This document shows, piece after piece, positions 48,730 through 62,170 of a DNA stretch of 64,000 nucleotides (position 1 is the first letter of the stretch; each line of letters begins with the position of its first letter). Below the pieces are notes generated by a model, which saw only the letters and a program-made list of their open reading frames with translations, was not told the DNA's origin and searched no databases. This DNA is from Rhina ancylostomus (Eukaryota). The position numbers and the translations under genes were made by a program. The stretch lies in the NCBI GenBank assembly GCA_030265395.1, contig JARFYF010000002.1:61606850-61670849 (forward strand), read 5' to 3'.

Positions 48730-50965
48730 AAAAAATAATTTGATTGAACTTTTCAGGGAGGTAACTAAGCACGTTGATGCAGTTTGTGCGGATTTGGTAC
48801 TGAAGGAAGTTATCTAAGATTACAATGGAATCTTGATCAACTGGACCATTAGGCTGAGGAATGGCAGATGGAGTTTAATTCCGACAAATGGGAGGTGTTG
48901 CATTTTGATAAGACAAACCAGGGAAAGACATGCACAGTAGGTCCCTGAGGAGTGTTGTAGAATACAGAGAACTTGGGGTGCAGACACACTGTTCCTTGAA
49001 AGTGGTGACATGGGTAGACAGGGTGGTGAAGAAGGTATTTGCCTGCTTGTCTTCAACAGTAATAATATTGAGTATAGAAGCTGAGATGTCATGTTACAGC
49101 TGTACAAGGCATTGGTAAGGTCACATATGGAGAACTGCATACAGTTCTGATCATCCTGGTGTTAGGAAGGATGACGTTAAATTGGAAAAAGTGCAAGAAA
49201 GATTTACGAGGATGTTACTGGGACCGCAGGGCTTGGGTTATAAGGAGAGGCGGGATAGGCTGGGACTTTTTTCCCTGAAGCATAGGAGGCTGAGGGGTGA
49301 CCTGACAGAAGTCGATTTAAAAAAAAATCATGAGGGGCATAGGTGAGGTGAATAGCCGGAATATTTTCCCCAGGGTAGGGAAGTCCAAAACTAGAGGGCA
49401 CGGGTTAAAATGAGAGGGGAAAGACTTAACAAGGAGCTGTGGGGCAATTTTTACCACACAGGGTGGGGAGTATATGGAATGAGCTACTAGAGGAAGTGGT
49501 AGAGATGGGTACAATTATGATATTTAAAAGGCATTTGGACATGGATGGGAAATGGGATGAGCTCAGTTAGGCAACTTGGTTGGCATGGGCAAGTTGGGCT
49601 GAATGGCCTGTTTTGGCACGGTATTGATCTTTGACTCCAGTAAGGCCTTTAGACAGGGTTCCAGATGGGAGACTAATCCAAACTAGTGCCCATGAGATCC
49701 AGGGCAATCTGTTCTTAATTGTTAGTCCAGATTTAGTAGGCTGCAGGTCCTGTTTCTATGCCTTATGACTAATTTGGCAAATTAAATCCTAAATTAGCTT
49801 GGTAATAGGAGGCAGAGGGTAATGGTCAAGGATTGTTTTTGTGTTTGGGAGCCTGTGATTGGTGGTGTGCAGTAGGGATTGGTGTTAAGAACCTTGCCAT
49901 TTATTACATACAGTTATGTTCAGATCATCACTGTAGGAGGTACGGTTAGCAAGTTTGTAGATGACGCAAATTGAGGGTGTTGTTGATAGTGAGGTGGGGA
50001 GAGGTGCCAATGGTATTGGCAAGTTAATAAAATGGGAAGAGCAATGGTGAATGGAATTTAATCCTGAAGAATGTAAGGGGATGCTTTTTGGGAGGACTAC
50101 TAAGGCTTGGATATACACAATGAATGACAGGACCCTAGGTGGTACTAAGGAATATGGGGAACTTGGTTGATGTGTCCAAGGAACCCTGACGGTATCAGCA
50201 TGGATGGGTAAGATTATTAAGAAGAGACACAGGATACTTATTTTCATTAGCTGGGCATAGAATATAAGATCAGGGAGACTATGGTATAATTATATAAAAC
50301 ATTTAGCTAGGCCACAACAGGATTGTTGTACTTTAAAGATAAAAATATTAACTTAAACTATGTTTAAAAATGCAATACTGACATGTATCTTTAATAATTT
50401 TCTGTCTTTCTCCTCCATTGAAATATTCTTAAGAAGTCCCAGGTTCTGTAAGCTGGAGGACTGTGTGCACTTCTGGTCACCACACTATAGGAAGGATGTG
50501 ATTATACTGGGGTGGGTGCAGAGGAGATTTGGCAGCATGTTTCCTGGGATGAAGCATTTCAGCTGTGAGGATAGGCTGGGTTTGTTTTCCTTAGAGCAGA
50601 GAAGGCTGAGGGAGAACCTGAGTGAAACATAAGAGGGTATAGTTAAAGTAGATAGTGAGAAACTTTTCCCTTCAGCAGAATTGCCTATGACCAGCGGCAA
50701 TGGTTTGGAATAAGGGGTGGGAAGTTTAGAGACGATTTGAGAGAGAATCTTTATCACCAAGAATATTGTTGGAATCTGGAATGCACTGCCTGAGAGGGTG
50801 GTGCAAGGAATTACTGTCACAACATTAAAGAAATATTTTGATGACAATTTGAAATGTCATGGCAGCCAAGACTATGGGCTGAGTGCTGGAGCATGGGATT
50901 AGTATAGCTAGCTAGCTGGTGGCCTGTATGATCATGGAGAGCAGAAGAGTCTGTTTTTGTGCTTT
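48730..50965 (+). mobile_element. Older CR1 LINE (RT to 3' end), interrupted by nested insertions
   Basis: NLIELFREVTKHVD...DF (48735-48795) resumes as SKAF...VP at 49639; later SKFVDDAN, EDCVHFWSPHYRKDV, GIWNALPERVV and a CR1 tail. Confidence 0.85.
48800..49638 (+). mobile_element. Younger 5'-truncated CR1 nested in the older CR1
   Basis: WQMEFNSDKWEVLHF through its own 3' tail (gggctgaatggcctgttttggcacggtattgatctttgactcc); flanks ggta / agta. Confidence 0.85.
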
Positions 50966-52904
50966 ATGACTGTATAATTCTATGGTTGTATCCAGTGAGT
51001 TCTGCGGGAGTATGTGTGTATCCAGATGTTGGCCAAAGAGAGCAACAGGCTAGGCTTGAGTTTTCAAATTCATTGTGTGGAAGTGGACATAAAGAGTGAC
51101 CATCTGAAAGGCCATTGGTCCATATAAAAACTTAGTTAAACGTGAATCCCTGATTTTAAAATAAAAAATTAAAGCCCACAATTTTTATACTGCTGTGGTT
51201 GGGGCTTGATTTTTCTTACATTTCCTTTGATTTAAATCTACTAGTTTTCTACTTACCTCGTGAAAACGGTTGTGCATTGCTCTGAGGTATGTTTATTTCT
51301 CTATAAATCTATCTAAACTTTTTTCTTGGAAGTAGTGGGAATTGTGTGAAATAAATATGTCTGGTTTATGAGCTTAGTAAAATAAATGCATAAAGCGGTA
51401 TGCCATTTTTTCTTGCATAAAGCATTCTCAATATATTATTATAAAGTTAATGAAGTTGTGGTCTGTTTTCCAATTAGGAACTACTGAATCATCACGATCT
51501 TTGGCAATGCCATTTGTAAACATCATGCACTTCTCGATCTCTCCTAATGTAATCTATTGCTGAATATTTAATCTTGTGCAAGCAAATTATTTGAATGTAA
51601 GTTATTAAGTTAAAATTGTTTGAACTGATTTCAGGATTGTTTTATCTCCAACATTGAAATTTCATAGGACTTTGCAGTTACATAAATGCCATGCATATAT
51701 TTTCTCCTCAACACACACTGGGAACTTTTTAGAAAAGAAGTAGTTAAGCTGCAAAGGTCAAATAAGAATGTATCAGTTTCTGTGGGCCAGTGCACGGCGT
51801 GAAACTTCCCCTAATTGCTACTAAATTGTCTGTCTCATTCAGACAGGTCATGGGGTGGGCGATGGGAAATTGGAAAAATGTCACTGGTTCACAGGGTGAT
51901 GTTTTTCTGAGGCTGTGACGGCAGTTAGGTTTTCCCATTTCTCATTCTTTTGGCACAAGGGAAGGCTTCAATAAATCATGAGTGATGAGTAAGCACTCAT
52001 CATGGTCTGAATGAAGCTTTAAAGGTAATTCTGTTAAATCTGGGTAGGAGTATTTGATGTTAACACTTCTAAAAATGAGTGGAAAAGGAACAAAAAAATC
52101 CTTGCACTTATTATGTAGCATCCTGTAACACTGTCTTCTAAATACTCAGCCCTGCAGAATTGTTTAATTACGGTGGGATATGGATTCATGGGATGGGGTA
52201 TGGAATATGTTGGTTTCCTTCCTTGGTCTCCTTGGAGTGGCAGTGTTAGCATTTTGGGCATTAGAGTTAGAACCAGATTCCGAATCCTACTGAGCAACTA
52301 GTAAATGAATGAAGGTTGGTGCCCATGATTGATATCCAGTGACTTCTGCACAGTGTGCATGCCTCCAGATGTTAGCTAAAGGGAGCAGTGGGCAGGGCTG
52401 GATCCCCAGTATTCAGGGTCTGGAATCGGACATAAAGAATCACAATTGGAAAGCTGCTAGTTCATTTGAGTACTTGGTTAATTGGGACATGATGGTCCTC
52501 AAAGAATTGTATTGAGAAGTTAAGTGGTTTTGCCTAAGTGAACTGTGACCAGTGAATGAGTAAGGTTATGAATCAGCCTAATTCAAATTATATTCTGTTT
52601 GTGGTCATGGTAAATATTTGGATAATCTTGAACACTTAATTGATAGTTTGAAATTCAAGGAGGGACCGGTATTCCTCAGGTACTGTAGACACTAAGCATG
52701 TTTCTGGACCAGCAAGGCCATTGAGTGAAATGCTGGTTGAACTTGTTTAACGCAAAACACTGCCTTGGTAAATCAAGCTTGGGTTAAGGACTCCTGGCTG
52801 GAGAACAGGTAAGAGGCTGATGGTCAGCCAAAACTCATTAAAGAGATATTTTTTCCCTTTCCAAATTGTGACTAACTATTATATTATATTGATTAAATGC
52901 ATAG

Positions 52905-55175
52905 GACTATACTCTTAACTGTCAACAGTGGGAAGGGTATTGGGGAGCAAATTTGCAGGGAAATTGCAGAAATGTTCAAGTGCCTTAGAGTAATTATAAT
53001 GGGGAACTGCAATTATCCAAATATAGTCTAGGAAAGTAATATAAGAGGCAAGGAGAAGTTGTAGTTTTTGAAATGTGTTTAAAAGACCTTTCAGAACCAG
53101 GATATTTTTTGGCTCAACAGGGAAGGTAGTTTTGCTGGGTTTGATATAGAGAAATGAATTGGACCAAATTGAGCAATTATCAGCAGGAGAACATCAAGGA
53201 AATGATGATGATTAATAATCTAAGGTTTAGAATACCTTGGGAAAAGTAAGTGGACCATTCCAAGATTAAACACAGTCAGTTGGAGAAGGACCAATCACAG
53301 TGGATGAGAGCAGATCTGGCCCAGGTAAATGGAATCAAAGCTCGACAGACAAAAATGTAATTGAACTATTGGAAACCTTTGAAATGGAGATGGTTTGGCT
53401 GCAGTTGAGGAAGAAATTCACAGCTATAGCCATGACAAAGAAGGATAGAGTAGTTTAAAGCCATAGCTCCATGGATGACAAAAGTGAGAGAGAGTAAAAT
53501 CAAGCAGAAAGAAAGTGCACATAGAAAATTCTAGGCTGTTGATACAAGAGAGAAGCAGGCTGATTGCAATTATTTCCTTTATGCCTTTCCATTCAGAGGG
53601 GAAGCAAAAGAGGGAACATTTGGCAGCAAATGTAAAAGGGAATCCAAAAATAGCTTCTCAGAATGTGAACTGGAAAAGGATAGTAAGATGGGCTGTTGCT
53701 GATTGGAGACCAAAAAGGAAATTCCCATCGGAGGCAGAGGGCATAGCCAGAGGATGAGGCAAGTACTTTACATCAGTCTTCACCAAAGAAATAGATACCA
53801 TGGAGTCCTGACAAAAGAAAATATGGTTGAGTTTCTGGATGGGCTCTAAACAGTCAAGACAGGGTATTAAAAAGGCTAAGTGGATAAATGACCTGGCCCA
53901 GTTGCTGAAGGAAGTAAGGCAGGACAATGCAGAGGTCTTGGCCATTAGCTTCCAAACTTCTAAAGGTTCCTGGATGATGCCTGAGGAGAGGAAAATTGCA
54001 GATGTTACACCTTTGTTCAACAAGGGTGCAAGGATAAACCAGTCACTATGGACAAGTCAGTTTAATCTCAGTGGTGGGCAAGATTTTGGAAAGAATAATC
54101 CAAAGACACAATTCACAGTCACTGTAACGAGTGTGGATTAATCGGAGAAAGTCAGCACGGATTTGTTGAAGCCAAGTTATGTGTATATTTGATAGTCTTT
54201 TGATGAAAGGATAGAGATGGCTGATGAGGTATGTATGGACTAACAAGGGCTCATTGTGGACTTTTATTGTTGGAGGATGTTGTTTTAGAGGCCAGTGGTT
54301 GGTAGAGGACCTTAGTTTTGCTGATGTTAACTGAAAAGGCCCATTCTCCTAGATGCCTTATTAAAGATCCACAATGACTTGTAGCTTGACCACCAAACAT
54401 ATGTATGTGCTCTACCACAAATAATCATGAATGGTGGTAGACAATTAAACAGCTAATGGGGGAAAGTGGCTCGAAGATCATCATCAACCTCAAAAATGGC
54501 AGGGCCCAGCACATGAGTGCTAAAGACAAGATTGATGTACAGAACGTCATCATCTATTCCAAATGACTGCTTAAGAAGCATGTCCAGAGGAGGTGTGGAC
54601 TTTCAAAAGATAAGGTGCCACATAATATGCTCGTCATCAAGACTGATGGCCATGGGATGGAAGGGAGTGTAGTAGCATGGATAGGAAATTGGATAAATAG
54701 CAGAAAATGTATAGTAGTAGTGAAAAGGTTTTGGACTGGAGGGCAATATATGGTGGAGTTCCCAGTGTTGCCATTTTCTTTAATGTACACCAATGAGTTG
54801 GACTCAAGTGTACAGGGCACAATTGCCAAATTTGCAACGACATAAAACTAGGAGTTGTGGTGAACCCATGGAGAGAATAGTAATAGATTTCAAGGAGATA
54901 GTATCAGCCTGGTGGAGTCGGTAGATAGGTCCCTAATGAAATTTAATGCGGAGATGATATGAGGTGATGTATTTTAGGATAACTGAGAAAAGACAACATA
55001 AACTAAAGGGCACAATTCTTAAAAAGGGGACAAGAACAAGATCTGGGAGTATCTGAACAGTCACTGAATGTGGCAGGGTAGCTTGAGAAAGTGAAGCACA
55101 GAGGAACCTGGGTATTACAAAGAGAAGCATAGCGTACATGAGCAGGGAAGTTGCGATGAACCTTTTATGAGTTTG
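52905..55175 (+). mobile_element. Long degenerate CR1 LINE (APE endonuclease end, tether, RT)
   Basis: IGEQICREIAE...RVIIMGNCNYPNI (APE), NVKGNPK, FTSVFTKE, IADVTPLFNKG, DKVPH, AWIGNW, IAKFATT; a fragment of the other CR1-clade family (WW.TIKQL...GRAQHMSAKDK) sits at ~54400-54560; probable 3' tail at ~58580-58720. Confidence 0.85.
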
Positions 55176-55184
55176 CATGTTCCT

Positions 55185-56550
55185 TCTTCCTTTTTCAATC
55201 TTTTTTATTGAATTTCAAATTAATATACATAACATTAGTAATTATACATATGGTGCTAAGAGATTGGGATAACAATAATAACAGTTAATATATATACCCA
55301 TGGGGAGTGAAATATATAATTTGAACCTCCCACTCTCTTACTAAGTGGTCATGATACAAAAAAAATTGAAAAGAAATTTAATTATATGAAAAGAGAACCC
55401 CCAAATCAAAAAAAAACAAAAGCCATCCAAAAACTTCAAAAAAACTGGACTGATATTTCTTTGTTTTTTTAAAAAAATAAACATTATTAAGTTGTTAGCT
55501 CTGCTCCTCTTTATCCAAAGGTTATTGAAAGGGATTCAAAAAAAGGTCTGCTTATGTCATATGGAAACACTGAATAAATGGACTCCAAACTTCCTCAAAT
55601 TTAAGCGAAGGAACAACAGTACCTCCCCTAAATTTTTCTAAGTTTAAACAGGTTTTAGTTTGAGAAAACCATTGAAATGTGGTAGGAGGTAGAAGATCCT
55701 TCCATTTAAATAGAATGGATCTCTTGGCCATTAATATAACAAAAGCAATCATACGACAAGCTGAAGCAGATAAATGGCCAGAATCCATCATTGATAACCC
55801 AAAAATTGCGGTAATAGGATGGGGTTGTAATATTCAATACAGTTGAAATAATATTAAAAATGTCTTTCCAATATTTTTCCAAAAGAGGACAGGACCAAAA
55901 CATGTGTGTCAGGGAAGCCACCTCTGAATTACATCTGTCACATATAGGGTTTATATGGTGATAAAAACAGGCTAACTTGTCCTTTGACATATGGGTCCTG
56001 TGGACCACCTTAAACTGTATCAAAGAGTGTCTAGCACACATTGAAGATGTATTAACTAATTGGAGAATTTTCTTCCATGTNNNNNNNNNNNNNNNNNNNN
56101 NNNNNNNNNNNNNNNNNNNNNNNNNNNNNNNNNNNNNNNNNNNNNNNNNNNNNNNNNNNNNNNNNNNNNNNNNNNNNNNNATCTGTTTCCAGTAAGCTCA
56201 GTCTACGATCTCTCTCTTTGCCAGCTTCATCCAGTTCAACAATTAATTGCTGCTGTTCAACATTTTCCTGTATGAGTGTTGTCTGTCTTCAATCCCCTTT
56301 AACAGCATTTCCAAAGTGGCAAATCTCTGATCAAGTTTTATATGCAGTTTAGAAATAGCTTCCGAAGTAAGTTGAGGGTCTCCATTATCCTTGCTATCAG
56401 CTGCAGCTTTAGCTCTGGTGTTCATTTCTGGCAATTAAAAATCAAAATCAATCTTATAAAAGTATTATAAAAGTCTTATTAAGGGGTGGTGTATAAGGAA
56501 TTAAAAGGTGAGTGGAGCAGTGCCAAGATGCGACCTACTCCATCTAGCGT
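55185..56550 (-). mobile_element. L1-clade LINE: 5'UTR + ORF1 start and ORF2 end + 3'UTR, interior missing in a gap
   Basis: ORF2 C-terminal zinc knuckle LIQFKVVHRTH...CDRCNSEVASLTHMFWSCP and ILFKWK..PP...W...LNLEK...FEEVWSPF; AATAAA plus A-rich tail near 55190-55210; ORF1-like MNTRAKAAADSK...IKLDQRFATLE beyond the gap. Confidence 0.9.
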
Positions 56551-56554
56551 CACC

Positions 56555-58572
56555 AAGACCGTCCCTGAGGTTGCATGCTCCAATAAAGAGGAAAGACAAG
56601 GATGGCAAGATAAGGAAAGTTTGGATGATGAGAGGTTATGAATTTAGTTTTAAAAAAAGGGAAGCATATGTAAGGTTTAGGAAGCTAAAATCAGACAGGG
56701 TCCTTGTGGAATTTAAAGATTGCTTGAAAGAACTTGACAAGGAATTAGGAAGGCCAAATGATGCCATGAAAAGTCCTTGGCAAGTGGGATTAAAGAGAAT
56801 CCCAAGGCATTTTTTACTTGCATTAAAACTAGGAGGATAACTACAGAGAGGGTGGGATCAGTCGAGGATAAAGGAGGGAACTTGTGCTTGGTCAGAGGAC
56901 ATGGGCGAGTTACTAAATGAGTACTTTGCATTGGGATTGACCGAGGAGAAGGACATGGAGGATAGTGATATTAGTGCGGGGTATGCTAATGTGTGAGGGC
57001 ATTTTGAGATCAGGAAGGAGGTGGTGCTGGGTATTCTGAAGAGCACAAGGTGGTTAGGTCCCCACCCTGATGGGATATATCCCAGATATTAAAAGAGGCA
57101 CGAGAGGAGATTGCTGGGGCCTTGACGAATATCATTGTATCCTCAATAGCAACAGGTGAGGTCGCAGAGGACTGGAGAGCAGCCAATGTTATTCCTTTGT
57201 TCAAGAACGGAACTTAGGATAATCTAGGAAATTATAAATTAGTGATCCTCGCATCAGTCATAGAGAAGCTGTTGGAGAGGATTCTTAGGGACAGGATTTA
57301 CGTACATTTGAAAAAACATGGCTTTGTGCAGGGCAGGTCATGTCTTACAAACTTGATTTGAGTTTTTTGAGGAGGTGATGAAGGTAATTGATGAGGGTAG
57401 GGCAGTAGATGTTGTCTACATCAATTTTTGTCGAGCNNNNNNNNNNGTGGGCTGACCTGGAAGATTAAGTCACCATGGATTCCATGCATCTTTGGTAGTT
57501 TGCATTCTGAACTGGCTTGTCCATAGAAGACAGATGGTAATGGTGGAAGGGTGTTATTCTGGCTGGAGGTCCATTCCCATTGGTGTTCTTCAGGGATCAG
57601 TGCTGGGGCCTCTGTTTGTGGTGTATGTAAATGACTCGGATGAAAATGTAGATGGGTGGGTTAGCAAGTTTGAAGATGACACAGACTGATGGAGTTGTGG
57701 ACAGTATAGAGGGCTGTCAAAGGATAAAGCAGGACATAGATCAGTTACAGATAGGTGTGGAGAAATGGCAGATGGAGTTTAATCTGTGCATGTGTGAGGT
57801 GTTGCACTTTAGGAGATCAAATGTAAGGGGAAAGTACACAGTTAATGGCAGGAACCTTTACAATATTGATGTACTGAGGGAACTTGGGGTCCAAGTCCAT
57901 AGCTGACTGAAAGTGGCCACGCAGGTAGATAGGGTGGTAAAGAAGGCATATGGCATGTTTGCCTTCTTGGCTGGGTCATGGACTATGAGAATGAGGAAGT
58001 CATATCGCTGCTATATTAAAACTTTGATTTGGCCGCTCTTAGAGCATTGCCTACAGTTCTAGTCTCCCCATTACAGGAAGGATGTGGAGGCCTTGGAGAG
58101 GGTGCAGAAAAGGTTTACCAGGATATTGCCTGTATTAGTGGGTGTGAGCTATAACGAGAGGTTGGACAAACTTGGGTTGTTTCTATGGCACGTCAGAGGC
58201 TAAGAGGAGACCCGATAGAAGTTTATAAGATACTTGAGAGGCATAGATATGGTATAAGGTCAGAATCTCTTTTCCAGGGTAGAAATGTCAAGTACTAGAA
58301 GACATGCATTTAAATCGAGGAGGGTAAGTTTAAAGGACGTGTGCAGGTCAAGTTTTTTTTTACACAGAGAGTGATGGATGCCTGGAATGGGATGCCAGGG
58401 ATAGGAAGAAGATGAGATATTGGCATTTTAGAGGCTGTTAGATATGCAGGGAATGGAAGGATGTGTATCGTGTACAGGCAGAAGAGGTTTGGTTTAATTC
58501 AGCATCATGTTCGGTGCAGGCATCGTGGACTGAAGAGTCTGTTTCTGTGCTGTACTGGTCCATGTTCTATGT
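56555..58572 (+). mobile_element. CR1 LINE, ~2 kb, moderately diverged
   Basis: IKENPKAFF, LNEYFA, DWRAANVIPLFKNG, GRSCLTNL, GVLQGSVLGPLF, VSKFEDDT, WQMEFN, HYRKDVEALERVQKRFTRILP and a complete 3' tail. Confidence 0.95.
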
Positions 58573-59289
58573 AGTGTTCAAAGTGGATCCGAGGAAATAT
58601 CTGAATGAGGAAAAAAAAATTGCAAGGCTAGTGGGAGAGGACAGGGAAGTGGAGTTAGCTGGATTTCTCTTGAATGGAGGTAGTATGGACTTGAACTGCC
58701 TAAACATGTATCACATTTTCGTTGTTAACTTGCGGGTGGCGGCTTGAACATTTTTGAAGCACATTGGGACATTCAATCTATCAACAATATCTTACTAATG
58801 TTTATTCTGAGAACTGTACATGAAAAGAGACGGAGTTGTATTCTACTTTTAATGGAAGATCATGTGACACCAATGAAAGGGACTGCTTGGTTTTGGGTAG
58901 GTGTGTGCTCAGGAATGATAAATTCCCCAGTTTTCAGGTAATACAGCTGTGCTTTTCTTGGGAATTTGCTGGGATCATGTGTCCCTTCTTTCCCCATCCC
59001 TGGATCATGGTATCTTGTAAAGGAACTTCTTGGACTGCAGGAGGAATGGGAATGGGATGTGAGGTATTGCTGGAGGAGGTAAAAGAATGGAGCAAGTTGC
59101 CTCCATCCTTTCTGTATTTTCCCCAGCTCGCACCCACTTGTCAATCAGTACCTCCGAAGCAGTGTGCAGTAGCTTTTGTGCTGCCTTTGTGCTGAGTTTA
59201 CAGTGCGAAGAAAGCACAGAAGCTGCCGCCTTTGGGTCGTTGGGTTAGCATTTGGGATGGTATTGAGAATCTTAGGTCCATGTATTGAG

Positions 59290-59466
59290 AGTACCCAGAA
59301 GCCCTGCGGAAGGAGTGAACCACCTCACAGATACCTACTCACCTGCCCCATATGTGGACCGGGTCCACAGTGCCCACATTAGCCTCATNNNNNNNNNNGC
59401 CTCATCAGCCGCAAAGCCAGAGTGAAAACAAATCATCCTCAGTCCTGAGGGACAGCCTAAGAAGGG
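59290..59466 (+). mobile_element. RTE-clade LINE 3' end
   Basis: C-terminal CPICG...HI.LIS zinc-finger-like remnant, then aaatcatcctcagtcctgagggacagcctaagaag, an RTE-type tail. Confidence 0.6.
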
Positions 59467-59793
59467 GGATCAATCAGAGCACTCGCTCACCTGCCTTCCA
59501 TGGAAGTGGGTGAGGAGAGTCATGAAAATTGTTCTACCTGAGTGCCAAACCCACAGGAGTTTAAGCATTTCCAGGCAAATTCAAATCAAGGAAATCAGCA
59601 ATTAGGATCAACGCTGCCTACTAATATTGGACTTTTAACAGAAACATTTTATTGACACGGTTCCCTTTAATGCCTGTTTAAACTATACTTGCCCCTTGTG
59701 ACTTTTATACAGATTAACAAGTGAAGTTTGTTGTTAGCCAACAGCTTCCTTAATATNNNNNNNNNNNNNNNNNNNNNNNNNNNNNNNNNNNNN

Positions 59794-59853
59794 CGGTATG
59801 CGAGACAAATTTTTCACTGTACCTCGCTACAAGTAACAATAATATACCAATAC
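59794..59853 (+). mobile_element. Rex1/Babar-type 3' tail
   Basis: ttttcactgtacctcgctacaagtaacaataatataccaatacca matches the tail at 63760-63807. Confidence 0.7.
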
Positions 59854-62044
59854 CAAAGGAGTTATTGCTTTTTTTCTGGGAGGAATCGAGCGATGCCTGT
59901 TTATGTGCATATTCATGAAAAACATGGAGGAGGATGGGAGAAACAGCAGGTTGGCCTTTTTAGGTGCAGTGTTGGATGGTGTGTGATTGGCCAATGTTCA
60001 ATGGACTGCTGTAGCAAGATCTGCTAGTGCCTGAGACCTAAGGTGATGTTTGTTACTGACTGGCTTTGCGCAATCAAAGGTTTTTCCTTTGCCTGCTTTG
60101 ACACAGCAGGGCACAAAGTGGAATCAGAGCAAGTCCGGTGGCTCCACTGACAATGATTAATGGGCAGTCAGAGGATTTGGCAATGACAGTGGGTGACTAA
60201 TATCAGGCAGAAGATCAGTGGGTGTGGGGTCCCATAGGAGAAACAGCCTGTGGGATAAGTATGATATTTAAAGCATATCTTTCTGAGATGGGTTCCAAGC
60301 ACAAGACTCCACAGCTAAGAGTCTGCGCCAGCAGGCTCATTGAAGTAATGCTGAAGCAAGCCTCATAAGTGTTGTAAATGCCTACTTTTGCAAATATGGT
60401 CCATGATGCCATTTAGTATGACATCCAGGTGTGCTGTACATGTCCTTAGATACTATTAGATGTGTCCAGGCTCCACACGCTGTCACTGCATCAAGCATAG
60501 GAGGTACCTGAAGGAAAAGTTTGGATTTCATAGAGTTAAGTCCACAGTTTTCGCTTCTGATTGATGTTTCATTGAAACTGAATCCCACAGAGCACAAAAA
60601 TATGCTGCTTGAAGAACTAAATGGTCATCAAATTTGGGCTTCAGCTGCCGACACCCATTACAATGAGATAAATTGGAAACTGCGAGTCTGCACATAATTG
60701 ATTTCTTCCCTCCCCACAGCAGTCCCAAGGGATAACTGTACCTGACTCTGCAACAGCTTTTCCAAAACCATTCATAATGGTGTCATCTTATTCTTGGCAG
60801 GCAATTTTTTGACTGCCCCTTTACTGTCATTTTCACTGCTTCTCTACTAGACCTTTCCTTTTACACTGATCTTAATCCCATCCATTGTTGTCAGGTGTAG
60901 AACTAGGTTAAAGGATGGAAATTGCCTTCTCTCAAAAGGCATTGAGCCAAAAAGGGAACAAGATTAACAATTGATATTTAATGCTGAGAATGTTATTTTA
61001 ATAAGCAATGATGATATTCCATAGAATGCCTCATTCTTTTTAGCAAACTACATGCTTGTCATCAATGTCACTGAACACAGTGTGACATTTCTCATAATCT
61101 CTGTCTAAAGCTGTAGAGTAGGAATGAGACTGCATCATTACAGTCCACAGTGCCTTCCAACCTCATAAATGAAAAGTACAATCTGATACAAGTTTGTTTT
61201 CATTGAGCATGGTGTCAGCACTTGTCTTCTTGGAAAGACACCATGGTGTGATAAACCTGAAAAGAACTGATTGCAAAGGCAAAATGTAGATAGCATTCAC
61301 CCAGTGAGACAACAGTTTTTCTTGTATACCAGGTGGACCTTGTTCAGGATTTAGTAGTGTGCAGCATGAAACGTTCAGTTTACTAACAACTTTTAAAACT
61401 GAGGAACCTTTTGAATGTTTTTGGACCAACTTTCTGATTTTCTTTTCCATTTTGTTTTGAACCAGAAATAAAGATGAACTACTGCAAAATATTATTTCTA
61501 AATATAAAGACAGGAAAATGTACAAAATCATGGAAGAATTTATAATATTCAGCATGTAAAATTGCTGCCTTTTGTGTTGGAGATTGTGACGTTGAGGCTC
61601 CCATCTCATTTTGTTGAGTACAGAGTTGAGGCTGATATTTTGATGTGGTACTAAAGGAGCCCTGCACTGTTGGAAGCCTGATAATAATATTTAACTGAGA
61701 TTCCATCAATCAGCATTGGTGGCTACTGGACTGGATTATATTGATCTAGAGCTGGGGAACTGCCAGCTATCCTTTGTTTACATGTCTGCCAGCACATCTG
61801 CCCCACCCGCTGCTAGACTCTGCAGCAGCAGAGAATTGCCATACTGAATTGACAGGCAAGCTGTGCTTTTCATGAATGCGCTCCCTGATTTTGAGTAAAA
61901 AAGGCGAACTGAGGTAATTGGTTTATTTTGAATATTTAAAAAATCTAGCATTTTGACATTTTTAATCAAAGACTATTTAAAATGGTTCAGAAGACCTTTT
62001 AATAGGAATAAGCTATCAAAAGGCCATCGATTTGGGGCCTTGGC

Positions 62045-62170
62045 TCTCACCACCTCTCTTGGTCAGTTCTGATGAAAAGTCATCAGCCTGAAATATTTGA
62101 CTCCATTTTTTTCTCCATACAACTGCTGCCTGATCTGCTGGGTACTTCCAGCATTTTCTGTTCTTTGTCA
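62045..62170 (+). mobile_element. Penelope-like terminal fragment with hammerhead-like motif
   Basis: CAGTT-CTGATGA-AAAGTCATCAGCCT-GAAA-TATTT-GACT at 62064-62102, then ctgcctgatctgctgggtacttccagcattttctg. Confidence 0.7.

Noticed and set aside
61163-61609. 148-aa minus-strand ORF without Ns
   Set aside because: Low-complexity AT-driven composition, start lies beside a DeuSINE-like remnant, no recognisable domain; consistent with chance.
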